DNA of 63,960 bases, filler included, from an uncultured bacterium (GCA_964471275.1; 5 parts of 5 records of this genome joined end to end with filler, not necessarily neighbours in it); one strand, 5' to 3'. Shown: positions 42,672-53,347, numbered from the whole stretch's first letter. Numbers and translations are program-made. Notes: generated by a model not told the origin, from the letters alone.

Positions 42672-42870
42672 TTGGTTATCGATTCACGTAGACAGAAGGA
42701 GCTGACCACCAGGGGCATCAAGAACACCAAGAGTACCCGGGATGGCAATACCGATCCATTCACGTGATCCGAGGAAGAGCACAGGAGCAGGATAGCGAAG
42801 AGACTAGGAGATGGTCCAGAGCTCACCTCGGCTGCGCTCGGTGCAGGCGCCGGGATCCTTCGCCTTCGTC

Positions 42871-43767
42871 TCAGGATGACGGCGGGGGTTGGCCGAAGCG
42901 TTCCTGCCAGGCGGTTTTGGTGGCCGAGACTGTGGCGTCATCGAGACGGGTGGACATCGCTACGTTTGCGTGGATGTGGTCGATGTTGGTGGAGCCGATG
43001 ATGGCGGTGGAGACGCCAGGATGTGCGAGTGTGAAGGCGAGGGTGAATTCAACCAACGGGATATCGCCGGCAATGTCACGGAGCGGATATTCCTGGGCAC
43101 GGTCCCACGGGCCGGACATGAAGGCACCCTCCGGGCGGTCAGGCATCAGGTAGACGGCGTTGGAGATCGGTCGCTTGATGATGGCGCCCATCTCGCGGTC
43201 ACGCAGTGTCGGGAACATTACGGTATCCGGTTCCTGATAGAGGACGTTGTATGTGAATTCCTGTGTGTCGAGCGGATACTTGTCGGCAGCCTCAGCGCCC
43301 GCGGGGCCGTCCTGCGATACGCCCACGAAGTTCGTCCAGCCTTTCTGCTTTGCCTCGAGCAAGGCGTCGAAAGCGGCATCCACATCATCGCCTTCGCCGG
43401 GTAAGCCGTGAAACTGGACGATGTCGATAACATCCCGATTCAGCTTCCGACGGCTTCTGTCGATCGTTTGCGTTATGCCTTCTGGCGTGTAGTCCTTGAC
43501 CGTACGCCACGAGCCGGATTCCTCGATCTGGTAGTCCCCACACTTGGTGGCAACGATGAATTCGTCCCTCCGGTTGGCCAGGTATCGACCGATTCGCTCT
43601 TCGCTGATTCCATACATCGCGGCTGTATCGATGAAGTTGATTCCGGCGTCGAGGACATTGTTCAGTACGGATTCTGCCTGTGATTCGGGCAGCTCGCGGC
43701 TGCCGACCTGTGCTGAGCCATATCCGATCTCCGTGACTTCCAGGCCTGTCTTTCCAAGTGGTCTGAG
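42871..43767 (-). CDS. Aldo/keto reductase (start lost in gap)
   Basis: RPLGKTGLEVTEIGYG, GINFIDTAAMYG, ATKCG, IIGS. Confidence 0.9.
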   Translation of the reverse strand, partial: LRPLGKTGLEVTEIGYGSAQVGSRELPESQAESVLNNVLDAGINFIDTAAMYGISEERIGRYLANRRDEFIVATKCGDYQIEESGSWRTVKDYTPEGITQTIDRSRRKLNRDVIDIVQFHGLPGEGDDVDAAFDALLEAKQKGWTNFVGVSQDGPAGAEAADKYPLDTQEFTYNVLYQEPDTVMFPTLRDREMGAIIKRPISNAVYLMPDRPEGAFMSGPWDRAQEYPLRDIAGDIPLVEFTLAFTLAHPGVSTAIIGSTNIDHIHANVAMSTRLDDATVSATKTAWQERFGQPPPSS

Positions 43768-43867
43768 NNNNNNNNNNNNNNNNNNNNNNNNNNNNNNNNN
43801 NNNNNNNNNNNTTAATTAATTAANNNNNNNNNNNNNNNNNNNNNNNNNNNNNNNNNNNNNNNNNNNN

Positions 43868-45474
43868 AGGTCTTCGATCGCAGCTTCTGCGCCTCCGATG
43901 CCCGCCTCGAAGCCTTTGACCTCCGTGTTCTTCAGGCTGCCCAGGTTCATCCAGTGTTTCAGTGCCGGAAGCGTTCCCGTGTTGGTCAGACCGGGACTGC
44001 GAAGCGTGTCGCACAGATTCTTGACACGCCAGATGTTGAGTTCTCGTCCCAGATACTGGGCAGCGATGCGCTCGATGTTGTGAGCCTCATCCACGATCAA
44101 ATGCTCGTACTCGCCAAGAATTCCGTTCTCCGTGGAGAGATCCGAGAACAGGAGCGAGTGATTGACGACGACGACGTGTGCCCTCAATGCTCTCTTCCGG
44201 ATGTTGTTCGCGAAGCACTGACCATTTGTCTTGCACTTCTGAGAGCGACAGAATCCGCTGTCGCTGCAAACCTTTGCCCAGAGGCTGTCTGCACGTGACC
44301 GGTCGAATCCGCCGTGTTCAGAGATGTCTCCTGATTGGGTCCGTGTGGACCAGAGCACGAGTGGGAGTGCGACAATCCGTTCCTCGATCGTCAATGCAGC
44401 ATCCAGGTTCGCCATCGCAGAGGACCAGCGATTCAGGCAAATGTAGTTGCTACGGCCCTTGAGAAGTGCATACTGGANNNNNNNNNNAAGGTCTTTTGTG
44501 TAAAGCTGATCCTGAAGATTCTTCGTGTTCGTCGACACGACAACGCGAGCGTGATTCCGCGAGGCATACTGGATCGCAGGAGCCAGGTAAGCAAGCGATT
44601 TGCCGACACCTGTACCGGCTTCGACCGCCAGGATCTGACCCTTGTTGAACGCGTCACCGACAGCTCGAGCCATTTCGACCTGTTGCTCCCGATGCTCGTA
44701 GTCGTCATATCTCTCTGCGATCTTTCCGTCTATCGCGAACACTGATTCCACTTCATCCAGGTCGATGTCCTTGTGTGTCGACTCCAGTGCCGAGACGTTC
44801 TCGTCTTTCTCGCGTCTGAACAAGTTCTCTCCTGGAGGGGGAACCAGGCTCGATCCAATCGGCGCGTCCTCTTTCGCCGCCTCATTACCGATGTCGACGA
44901 GGACGGGGAGGAGATCGGACCCCGTACCCGATAGTAGACGAAGCATCTGCTGCTTGGTCGACAGGGGAAGGGCTCGAAGTTTCTGAACGAGACCGAGATA
45001 GATGCCCGCAAGCTCCTCTGCTTCTCGGAGGGATTTGTCACTGGTGGATGATTCAACCTCGAAGTAGGCAGCGAGCGTCTCGGGACGGTGGTCGGCGACT
45101 TCGGGGATGATTGCGCGGGCAAGGTCACGAATTCCCGTGACGTTGTCGTCGACGGGTATTGTCGATTGAGCACCAAGGAAACGCGCCTCGAACCGGCCGG
45201 CATATGCGATGATCGGGAAGACACTGACGAGAGATCTGAGTTGGACAGCCGCATTTCCCCATCGCGGCGCTTCAGCGAGATCGGTCCTGGTGACCCCGAT
45301 CAGCCGGGCGATTTCATCGGGCACGTCGCCAACGGGTCGGACATAGGTGTGGAGGCGCTCTTCGATCTCACCATCGATGACTCGGACGGCTCCAATTTCG
45401 ATGACTTCAGAGGAGCGTGGGTTGAGTCCGGTCATCTCGATGTCAACTGTGACGAATGTGTCGAGGATACCCAA
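43868..45474 (-). CDS. dinG: DnaQ-exonuclease/DinG helicase fusion, C-terminus lost in gap
   Basis: DIEMTGL, EAGTGVGKS, LKGRSNYIC, Cys cluster, VDEAH; internal 10-N gap 44478-44487. Confidence 0.85.
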
Positions 45475-45565
45475 CCCTACTCCCTACCGATCGAGGCTGG
45501 CGGGCGGAGGCGCAGGGGAGAGAGGGAGCGTTGGTGGGTCTCCGGCGTGGTTTGGGGTGATGGGG

Positions 45566-45910
45566 TCATTCGATCCGATCCCCAGTCGGGATAGCGGTGC
45601 CGATCTCACGACGGCCTTGGTGCGGATCGCCCTGGAGTTTGCGGATCAGGCCGATCGCATCTGCGTGCCGTCTTTCATTGGCCCAGAGAATGGCGCCCTG
45701 GACGACGACGAGCATGCCTGTTCCCGTAATCTTGTATTCCTCGAAGTAAGTGCTCAATCCAATCACCACGACTCCTGCGATTGCAAACAGGACGCCGCAG
45801 AGACGACACAACTGATTGTCTCTGGGGCCCTCATCGACAGTCGCTTGCATGAGCAGATCATGCTCGGACCGGGTCAGTGTCACGCTGAGGTTGTCTGATG
45901 CGTAGGTCAC
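45566..45910 (-). CDS. Small membrane protein (2 TM)
   Basis: GTG 45910 after GGAGG; two hydrophobic segments. Confidence 0.5.
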   Translation of the reverse strand: MTYASDNLSVTLTRSEHDLLMQATVDEGPRDNQLCRLCGVLFAIAGVVVIGLSTYFEEYKITGTGMLVVVQGAILWANERRHADAIGLIRKLQGDPHQGRREIGTAIPTGDRIE

Positions 45911-45933
45911 GCGGTTCCTCCGACGGTGATTCG

Positions 45934-45962
45934 TTGACAACAGGTTTGTAGACTTCTATAAT
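45934..45962 (+). promoter_or_regulatory. Perfect-consensus sigma70 promoter
   Basis: TTGACA (45934-45939), 17 nt, TATAAT (45957-45962). Confidence 0.85.
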
Positions 45963-46073
45963 AGCCGACCTGCACCGATGTGACCAATAATACACATCAC
46001 ATCTTCGCATCACAAGCGAGGGCAAGGTGCTATCGTCCTGTTATTACCAGTCTTATGACAACAGAGGAATTCG

Positions 46074-47090
46074 ATGAAAGCGTGTGTTTACGCAGACCTG
46101 GAAACAGTCGAGATTCACGACATTCCGAAGCCGGCCGCTGGTTCGGCCGAGGTCCTGATAAAAGTAGCGAGAGCCGGGATCTGTGGTACGGATCTGCATA
46201 TCTATCTGGGGCACATGGATCAGCGGGTGACGAAGCCACTGGTGATGGGTCACGAGATGTGCGGGGAGGTCGTGGAGGTACCGGATGGGGTCGACTTCAA
46301 GCCTGGCGAGCGTGTTGTGGTCGAGCCCACCGTGTTCTGCGGGAAGTGCACTGCGTGCCGACGAGGGCACACCCACGTCTGCCAGAATCTCAACTTTCTC
46401 GGGATCGACAGTGCTGGTGCGTTTCAGGAATACTGGAATGCACCTCTTGACCGACTGCATCGAATCCCGGACGAACTGAATGATGACGCTGCCGCCATGA
46501 TCGAACCGCTCGCAGTCGCCGTTCACGATGTTCGACGCGCCCAGGTGGAGCTGGGAGATCAGGCAGTGGTGATCGGTGGCGGACCGATCGGTTTACTCGT
46601 GGCGCACGCGGCTCGGCTGGATGGGGCAGAGGTTGTGATCTCTGAATTGAATCCGTATCGGCTGATTGTGGCTGAATCGTGTGGCTTCAGGACGGTTGAT
46701 CCGACGAAGGATAACCTGGTCGGGATGGTTATGGACTGGACGAACGGCGCGGGGTGCGATCTTGTGTTCGAGGTCAGCGGCAGTGCTCCGGGTGCGAAGG
46801 TGATGACCGACCTGCTGCGTGTCAGGGGCAAGGTGGCACTGGTCGGCGTTCACGCGTCGCCACCGGAAGTCGATCTTCACAGGTTCTTCTGGCGTGAGCT
46901 CGAGTTGGTGGGTTGCCGCGTCTACCAGTCGGTCGATTTTGAACGGGCGATCCGAATTGCAGCGGATGGACAGATCGATCTCGAAGCACTCGTCAGCAAG
47001 GTCGTGCCCTACGATGAGGCACACTGGGGGTTTGAGCAGATGCGGGACGGGGGGGATGTAGTGAAGGTGCTTATTGACTGTCAGTCGTGA
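46074..47090 (+). CDS. Zn-dependent polyol/sugar-acid dehydrogenase (MDR)
   Basis: CGTD, GHE, CxxCxxC..C, GGGPIG. Confidence 0.92.
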   Translation: MKACVYADLETVEIHDIPKPAAGSAEVLIKVARAGICGTDLHIYLGHMDQRVTKPLVMGHEMCGEVVEVPDGVDFKPGERVVVEPTVFCGKCTACRRGHTHVCQNLNFLGIDSAGAFQEYWNAPLDRLHRIPDELNDDAAAMIEPLAVAVHDVRRAQVELGDQAVVIGGGPIGLLVAHAARLDGAEVVISELNPYRLIVAESCGFRTVDPTKDNLVGMVMDWTNGAGCDLVFEVSGSAPGAKVMTDLLRVRGKVALVGVHASPPEVDLHRFFWRELELVGCRVYQSVDFERAIRIAADGQIDLEALVSKVVPYDEAHWGFEQMRDGGDVVKVLIDCQS

Positions 47091-47264
47091 ATCTAGCTCA
47101 GGTGATGTAACCCGCCCGTTGGGGAGCAGGGGAAGAGGCGAGCAGGGAGCAGAGGCGCAGATCTGGAGCGTGGTAGCATAAGCAGGTGGGAGACCATTTT
47201 CCCTGAGTGACGGTGTATCAAACAAAGGACCACGGAACCGGGCGGACAAACGTGAGGCAGGCAG

Positions 47265-48626
47265 ATGGCGGATAGACCGAACATACTGATTCTGTTGTGT
47301 GACCAGCTGCGGCGGCAGGCGCTGGGATGTTATGGTGATCCGGATGCAAGGACACCGAATTTGGATGTGTTTGCGGAGCGGGGTGTGCGATTCACCAATT
47401 CGTGCTCGACCTATCCGATTTGTGTGCCCTTCCGGTTTACGCTGATGACGGGTGAATACGCTCACTCGCGGACGATCCCGGGGATCGAGTGGTCGATGTC
47501 GCCGGCCGAGCGTACGCTGGCGGATGAATTCAACGAAGCGGATTACGAGACGGTATATATCGGGAAGTGGCATTTGGATGGCGGGCACGGAAGGCTGGGG
47601 TCGGCTCGGCAGATCAATCGGACGCCGGTGCCGCGATCGCGACAGGGAAGATGGCAGAAGTGGCAGGGGTTCGAGCTTCGGAACGGTCCCTTCGATACGT
47701 GCTATTTCGAAGACGGTGATCCGAAACCGATCGATATCGACGGATACCAGACAGACGGGTTGTTCGATCTGGGCATGAAGCATATGGCAGATCGACCCGG
47801 GAACGATCCTTTCTGTATGATGATCTCGGTTGAACCGCCGCATCCACCGTGGGAGGCACCCGAGGATCTGACCGAGGAGTGGCTGGCGAGAGATCTCACA
47901 TTGCCTCCGAACTACGAGGGGGATTTCCTTCGGCAGCGGAAGATCTACTATGCGATGACGGAGAATCTCGATCAGAATGTCGGCCGGATGATGACGTTTC
48001 TGGACGAGCAGGGACTGTCCGACAACACAGTCGTAATGTTTCTGTCCGATCATGGCGAGTTCAGCGGCGCTCACGGTCTGCAATCCAAGCAGTATCCGTA
48101 TGAGGAGTCAGTGGGTATTCCGCTGATGGTGATCGATCCTCGGCATCCGGACCGGGTCGGGGCGACGATCGATGATCCGACGAGCTCAGAAGATCTGTTT
48201 CCGACGATCCTGGGACTTGCTGGATTAGAGCCAAAGAACGATGTGCCGGGAACTGATCTCTCCCCGGTGACAAGAGGAGAGGTCGATCGGTTGGATCGGG
48301 AGGGCGTGCTGCTGGAGTTTATCGCCGAGCTCAGGCAGAATCAGCCATTCTATGATGCGGTGTGGCGAGGGATCCGAACACGTCGCTACAAATACACGGT
48401 GTCGGGGGATAATTTCGGTGGGAAGCCGTGGCAATTCTACGACTTACAGGAGGATCCCTACGAGATGCACAACCTGGTTGATGATCCGGCACACGAGTCA
48501 GAAGTTGCGAAGCATCACCGGCTGCTGATCGATCGGATGGCAGAGACGGAGGACCACTTCATCTTGCTGCCCGCCTTCGGGTGTGAGGGATACAACTGCT
48601 GGGACGGGATCGAAGATGGTCAATGA
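47265..48626 (+). CDS. Sulfatase
   Basis: RPNIL...DQ.R, CVPFR (CxPxR), GKWHL, SDHG. Confidence 0.92.
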   Translation: MADRPNILILLCDQLRRQALGCYGDPDARTPNLDVFAERGVRFTNSCSTYPICVPFRFTLMTGEYAHSRTIPGIEWSMSPAERTLADEFNEADYETVYIGKWHLDGGHGRLGSARQINRTPVPRSRQGRWQKWQGFELRNGPFDTCYFEDGDPKPIDIDGYQTDGLFDLGMKHMADRPGNDPFCMMISVEPPHPPWEAPEDLTEEWLARDLTLPPNYEGDFLRQRKIYYAMTENLDQNVGRMMTFLDEQGLSDNTVVMFLSDHGEFSGAHGLQSKQYPYEESVGIPLMVIDPRHPDRVGATIDDPTSSEDLFPTILGLAGLEPKNDVPGTDLSPVTRGEVDRLDREGVLLEFIAELRQNQPFYDAVWRGIRTRRYKYTVSGDNFGGKPWQFYDLQEDPYEMHNLVDDPAHESEVAKHHRLLIDRMAETEDHFILLPAFGCEGYNCWDGIEDGQ

Positions 48627-48672
48627 CAGGTGACAAGAGAGACGACTTCAGTAGGCACACAGAGGGAGATTT

Positions 48673-49443
48673 ATGGGAATCTTGGATGATTTTAAGCTGG
48701 ATGGCAAGACAGCTCTGGTGACAGGAGCGAGTGCCGGGCTGGGGCGTGGTATGGCGGAGGGGTTGGCGGAGGCGGGGGCGGATGTGGTTGTGGTCAGTCG
48801 AACGGCGGAACGGCTTGAAGGGGTCCGCGACACGATCCGTGGATTGGGGAGGACGTGTGAGGCCGTACCGGCGGATATCGGTGACAAGTCACAGATTCCG
48901 GAGATGATCAAGGCCGCGAAGGCTGTGACGGGAAAGATTGACATTCTTGTGAATAACGCCGGAACGGGATTTCGGGCGCCGCCTGAAGATTATCCGGAGG
49001 AAGAATGGCGACGTGTTATGGACTTGAACATAAACGCCGTCTGGTACTGCAGCCAGGCTGTTGGCCGGATTATGATCGATCTGGGTGGTGGCGGAAAGAT
49101 CGTCAGTACGGCGTCGCTCCTGAGCTTCCAGGGAGGGATCCTTGTGCCGCCATATGCAGCCAGCAAGGGGGCTGTGATGCAGTTGACGAAGGCGCTGGCG
49201 AATGACTGGGCGCAGCACGATATCCAGGTCAACGCGATCGCGCCCGGGTATTTTGCGACAGACTTGACGGCTCCGATCCAGGATGATGAGGTTCGGTCAC
49301 GTCAGATTATCGAGCGGATTCCGGCAGACCGGTGGGGAGATCCCTCGGATCTGAAAGGCGCTGTCGTGTATCTGGCTTCGGCGGCGTCGAACTATGTGAC
49401 AGGGCACATTCTGACAGTTGACGGCGGGTGGATGGGACGGTAG
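48673..49443 (+). CDS. kduD: KduD-like SDR (2-dehydro-3-deoxy-D-gluconate 5-dehydrogenase)
   Basis: TGASAGLG, NNAG, ASLLSFQGGILVPPYAASK, VDGGWMGR. Confidence 0.75.
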   Translation: MGILDDFKLDGKTALVTGASAGLGRGMAEGLAEAGADVVVVSRTAERLEGVRDTIRGLGRTCEAVPADIGDKSQIPEMIKAAKAVTGKIDILVNNAGTGFRAPPEDYPEEEWRRVMDLNINAVWYCSQAVGRIMIDLGGGGKIVSTASLLSFQGGILVPPYAASKGAVMQLTKALANDWAQHDIQVNAIAPGYFATDLTAPIQDDEVRSRQIIERIPADRWGDPSDLKGAVVYLASAASNYVTGHILTVDGGWMGR

Positions 49444-49554
49444 CCCCTCCCAGGACCAGATCTCGGGAGGGAGCAAGGGAGCAGAGGCGAAGAAGGGCGA
49501 GACGGTGCGACAGTCTCCATCGGTAGATCATCGAATGCTAGCAAGAGGGACGCA

Positions 49555-51999
49555 GTGACTCACGATCAGGGGTTTGATACATTCGTGGATCCGCCGAGAG
49601 AGTTCGGGGTAATTCCGTTCTGGTTCTGGAACGACGATCTCGAAGAGGGGGAGTTGATTCGGCAGCTCCGGACGTTCCACGAGGCGGGATTTGGTGGGGT
49701 GATGCCACACGCACGGGTGGGGCTGTCACACCGGGTGGGATACCTCACGGATGAGTACTTCAGGTTGATGCGGGTGGTTGTGGATGAAGCCGCGCGTCTC
49801 GGTATGAAAGTGATCCTGTATGATGAGGGATCCTATCCCTCCGGGTCGGCGAACGGTGCTGTTGTTGCAGAGAATGCGAACTACGCGAGCCAGTCGATTC
49901 GACTTTGGGAGAGGGATGTAGAGGGGCCGCACAACGGGTTCTGGAGACCGAATACGGGACGAGCGATGAAGGATCGCCACGTGTGCACCGTGCAGGGAAA
50001 GGTAAGAGAAGACGGGACAGTGGATCCGGACACGGTTACGCTTCTGTCGCCCTACGGGCATACGATCTTCCGCATCGACGTGCCGGAGGGGCAATGGAAG
50101 GTGATGAGTGTCTGGAACATCGCGAGCGGCGGCGCTATCCGCGGTGTGTTCGAGGAATCGGAGGACGGGCACGCGACGGCGCCTCCATCGGGTGATCTTC
50201 TCAATCCGGACGCGGTCGCCTGCTTTATCCGATTGACGCACGATCGCTACTACGAAGAACTGAAAGACCATTTTGGAGACACCGTCATCGCGATGTTCAC
50301 CGACGAGCCCAATGTCGCGGGGCGTGGGGGGGGGCGCCGAAGTAGAGGTGTAAAGCCATTCACTCCCGGGTTTGTGCCCTGGTTGGAGACTCTCTGGGGG
50401 AGCGATCCCACCATGTGGCTGCCAGCGCTCTGGGTCGACTACGGAGAGGGCACGGAGGCATTTCGACATCGGTATTCAGAGGCGATACAGACCCGATTGC
50501 ACGAGGTGTTCTACGCAGGGCAGGCCGAATGGTGTGAGGCCCACGGCATTGCGCTGACCGGGCATCCCGCAGAGAGCAACGACGTATCCTCACTCAGGTT
50601 GTTTCAGTTTCCCGGACAGGACATGGTCTGGCGCTACATCGAGCCCAACAAAGCAACGGCTATCGAGGGAGAACACAGTGTCGCCGCAAAGGCGGCAACA
50701 AGCGGTGCACGGCTGAGCAATCGACGTCGCATCCTGACCGAGGTTTGTGGCGCGTATGGGTGGCAGCTGTCCCTGGACGAGATCAAGTGGCTGTTCGATT
50801 GGCACATTGTTAGGGGAAACAACCTGATCAACCCCCACGCAGTTTTCTACTCGATAAGGGATCGGCGGGCCTGGGAAAGCGAACCGGATCTAGCCATTCA
50901 CAATGTGTGGTGGCCCCATTTTGGCAATATCGCGACGTATACGAGGCGGCTTTGCTGGTTGCTGACCGATGGTGAGCACGTTTGCGATGTGGCGATTCTT
51001 GGCGACGGAAACAACCTGTCCTGGAGAGCCGCGAAGCAGTTGTATCAGGAGCAAATCGACTTCCTCTATGTGGATGATCGAGCGGTGGAAGAATCCAATA
51101 TAGGCGATGGCCAGATGACGGTCGGTGAACAGAGATACAAGGTCGTTATTGTGGAGGACTTGCCGGTCATAACTGACGCGGCTCGCGAGAAGCTCGATGC
51201 ATTCGAGGCGTCGGGAGGCGTGGTGATCGGGTTTGAGGAGGGGATGCGGCTTGCAGAGAAAATCGAACAGGCAATAGACAAGGATGTACACATTGTACCT
51301 GCCTATCCGGATCTGCGCACCATTCATTATCGGAAAGAGGGACTGGACTTCTTTCTCCTTGTGAACGAGGGAGAGGATAAGGTCGCGGGAGAAATCCAGC
51401 TGAGTGTTGCGGGCGAAGTCGAGATGTGGGATGGCCTCGGGGGCACGCGGAGAAAGGCAGATGCAACTGTCGTTGCCGATGGCGTGTTGGTCCATCTCGA
51501 TCTTGATCGCCGCGAAAGTGTGGTACTGGTCGTCGACCCGTCACAGCCCTTGACTGGATTTGAGACCGAGGCAATAACCTCAGAAGAGCGGGTTGCAGTC
51601 ATTGCCGATTGGACCGTGCGAGATGACAACGGCGAATCTGTCGCCTTCGCGGGACTCACCGATTGGTCCAGGCAGAGAAACTGGGAATTGTTCTCTGGGT
51701 CACTGACCTACAGCGCTGACGTGGAGATACCCGAGGCCGACGAAGCGGTATTGGATCTCGGGCACGTGGGTGACATCGCTGAAGTGTTCGTTGACGGCGT
51801 CATAGCGGGCGTTCGGATGTGGGCGCCACATACCTTCAGCCTGGATGGTGTGGGGGCCGGTACACGTCTTATCGAGATACGCGTGACGAACTCGATGGCG
51901 AATGCATATGAAGGCATGCAACTGCCATCCGGGATAATGGGGCCCATATCGATTGTGGTGAAGCACCGGTCCCAGCAAGGCTTCGTCTCGGATAGATGA
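49555..51999 (+). CDS. GH106-like (alpha-L-rhamnosidase family) glycoside hydrolase
   Basis: PFWFWN, LYDE..YPSG, FTDEP, C-terminal LDLG.V..IAEV and SG..GP. Confidence 0.75.
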   Translation: MTHDQGFDTFVDPPREFGVIPFWFWNDDLEEGELIRQLRTFHEAGFGGVMPHARVGLSHRVGYLTDEYFRLMRVVVDEAARLGMKVILYDEGSYPSGSANGAVVAENANYASQSIRLWERDVEGPHNGFWRPNTGRAMKDRHVCTVQGKVREDGTVDPDTVTLLSPYGHTIFRIDVPEGQWKVMSVWNIASGGAIRGVFEESEDGHATAPPSGDLLNPDAVACFIRLTHDRYYEELKDHFGDTVIAMFTDEPNVAGRGGGRRSRGVKPFTPGFVPWLETLWGSDPTMWLPALWVDYGEGTEAFRHRYSEAIQTRLHEVFYAGQAEWCEAHGIALTGHPAESNDVSSLRLFQFPGQDMVWRYIEPNKATAIEGEHSVAAKAATSGARLSNRRRILTEVCGAYGWQLSLDEIKWLFDWHIVRGNNLINPHAVFYSIRDRRAWESEPDLAIHNVWWPHFGNIATYTRRLCWLLTDGEHVCDVAILGDGNNLSWRAAKQLYQEQIDFLYVDDRAVEESNIGDGQMTVGEQRYKVVIVEDLPVITDAAREKLDAFEASGGVVIGFEEGMRLAEKIEQAIDKDVHIVPAYPDLRTIHYRKEGLDFFLLVNEGEDKVAGEIQLSVAGEVEMWDGLGGTRRKADATVVADGVLVHLDLDRRESVVLVVDPSQPLTGFETEAITSEERVAVIADWTVRDDNGESVAFAGLTDWSRQRNWELFSGSLTYSADVEIPEADEAVLDLGHVGDIAEVFVDGVIAGVRMWAPHTFSLDGVGAGTRLIEIRVTNSMANAYEGMQLPSGIMGPISIVVKHRSQQGFVSDR

Positions 52000-52012
52000 A
52001 CGTATCATCATT

Positions 52013-52202
52013 CGCCCTGAGTGACGTCGTGGGCAAGACAGCCCGTGTTTCCCGACACTGCAGGGAATGCGCACGTCCTATCGAAGGGGGATCGGCCAGT
52101 GAGTCCGCGTTGACGGTGGCGCCCTTCGCCCGTTGCTGCCTTCATCCAAACCGACTGCTGATCAGCAAAATGCCTGTTTAGGGAGATCGGTGGGCCAACG
52201 AA
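52013..52202 (+). repeat. Copy B of the structured element at 26731-27045
   Basis: 52057-52128 aligns without gaps to 26863-26934 with 56/72 identities by manual count; flanking blocks also shared. Confidence 0.75.
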
Positions 52203-52239
52203 ACAAGAAAGCGGTCGACGTGACGTCGACTGTCACGGT

Positions 52240-53265
52240 ATGCAGCTTTCTGACTTCGACTATGCGCTTCCTGAATCTTTGATCGCACAGCACCCGTCTG
52301 ACCGGAGAGACGGGTCACGGCTGATGGTGGTGAATCGGCAGGACGGTTCGATCCAGCATCGGATGTTTACAGACTTCCCCCGGTACGCGGCATCAGGCGA
52401 CTGTCTTGTTGTGAACGAAACCAAGGTATTTCCTGCTCGCCTGCGCGGTCAGAGGAAGGGGTCGGGCGGGAAGGTCGAGCTACTCCTGACGCGCCCGGAG
52501 TCAGATGGGTGTTGGGAAGCGATGGCAAGACCGGGAAGGCGTCTCAAGGAGGGAGCCGAGATTGTCTTTGGGTGCGAGGAGACTGTGGCGATTGTGGAGG
52601 CCGTGTTCCCTTCTGGCGCGAGACGGATCCGCTTCGTAGGAGATGTCGCCGAGCTGATCGATCGAGAAGGGGCCATTCCTCTGCCACCGTATATCCAGCG
52701 TGACGCGACTACCGATGATGCCGAACGATACCAGACGGTCTATGCGAGAACGCCCGGGGCTGTTGCCGCGCCTACGGCCGGGCTGCATTTCACGGCCGGT
52801 ATCCTGGATCAGCTGGGTGTTCAGAATGTGCGTCGTGCGCGTGTCCTTTTGCACGTCGGTCCGGGTACGTTCAAGCCCGTGGAGGTCGACGACGTGTCCA
52901 CGCACCAAATGGATGCCGAGTTTTTCGAGGTGACCGACGCAGCAGCCGAAGCCGTTCACGAGACAGGCAAGGGTGGGGGACGAGTGATCGCGGTTGGGAC
53001 GACGTCTGTTCGCGTGCTCGAGTCACAGAGCGAGGATGACGGGCGACTCCGGGTGGGTAGTGGCTGGACAGATATCTTCATTCGTCCAGGATACCGTTTC
53101 AAGACTGTAGACGCGCTCCTGACGAATTTTCATCTACCAAAATCGACCCTTCTCATGCTGGTTTCTGCGCTGGCAGGACGGGATCTGATAAGGGAAGCGT
53201 ACGCTGAGGCTGTCCGGGAGAAGTATCGGTTCTATAGTTATGGGGATTGTATGCTGATACAGTAA
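52240..53265 (+). CDS. queA: S-adenosylmethionine:tRNA ribosyltransferase-isomerase
   Basis: LPPYI, YQTVYA, AAPTAGLHF, TNFHLPKS, YRFYSYGD. Confidence 0.98.
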   Translation: MQLSDFDYALPESLIAQHPSDRRDGSRLMVVNRQDGSIQHRMFTDFPRYAASGDCLVVNETKVFPARLRGQRKGSGGKVELLLTRPESDGCWEAMARPGRRLKEGAEIVFGCEETVAIVEAVFPSGARRIRFVGDVAELIDREGAIPLPPYIQRDATTDDAERYQTVYARTPGAVAAPTAGLHFTAGILDQLGVQNVRRARVLLHVGPGTFKPVEVDDVSTHQMDAEFFEVTDAAAEAVHETGKGGGRVIAVGTTSVRVLESQSEDDGRLRVGSGWTDIFIRPGYRFKTVDALLTNFHLPKSTLLMLVSALAGRDLIREAYAEAVREKYRFYSYGDCMLIQ

Positions 53266-53347
53266 GGGATACAGGTACCACAACGGTGTGGCACCGTGGG
53301 GGCGGGAAGAGGAGAGGACGCACAGCGCAAGGGCAGGGCGTAGAGGA

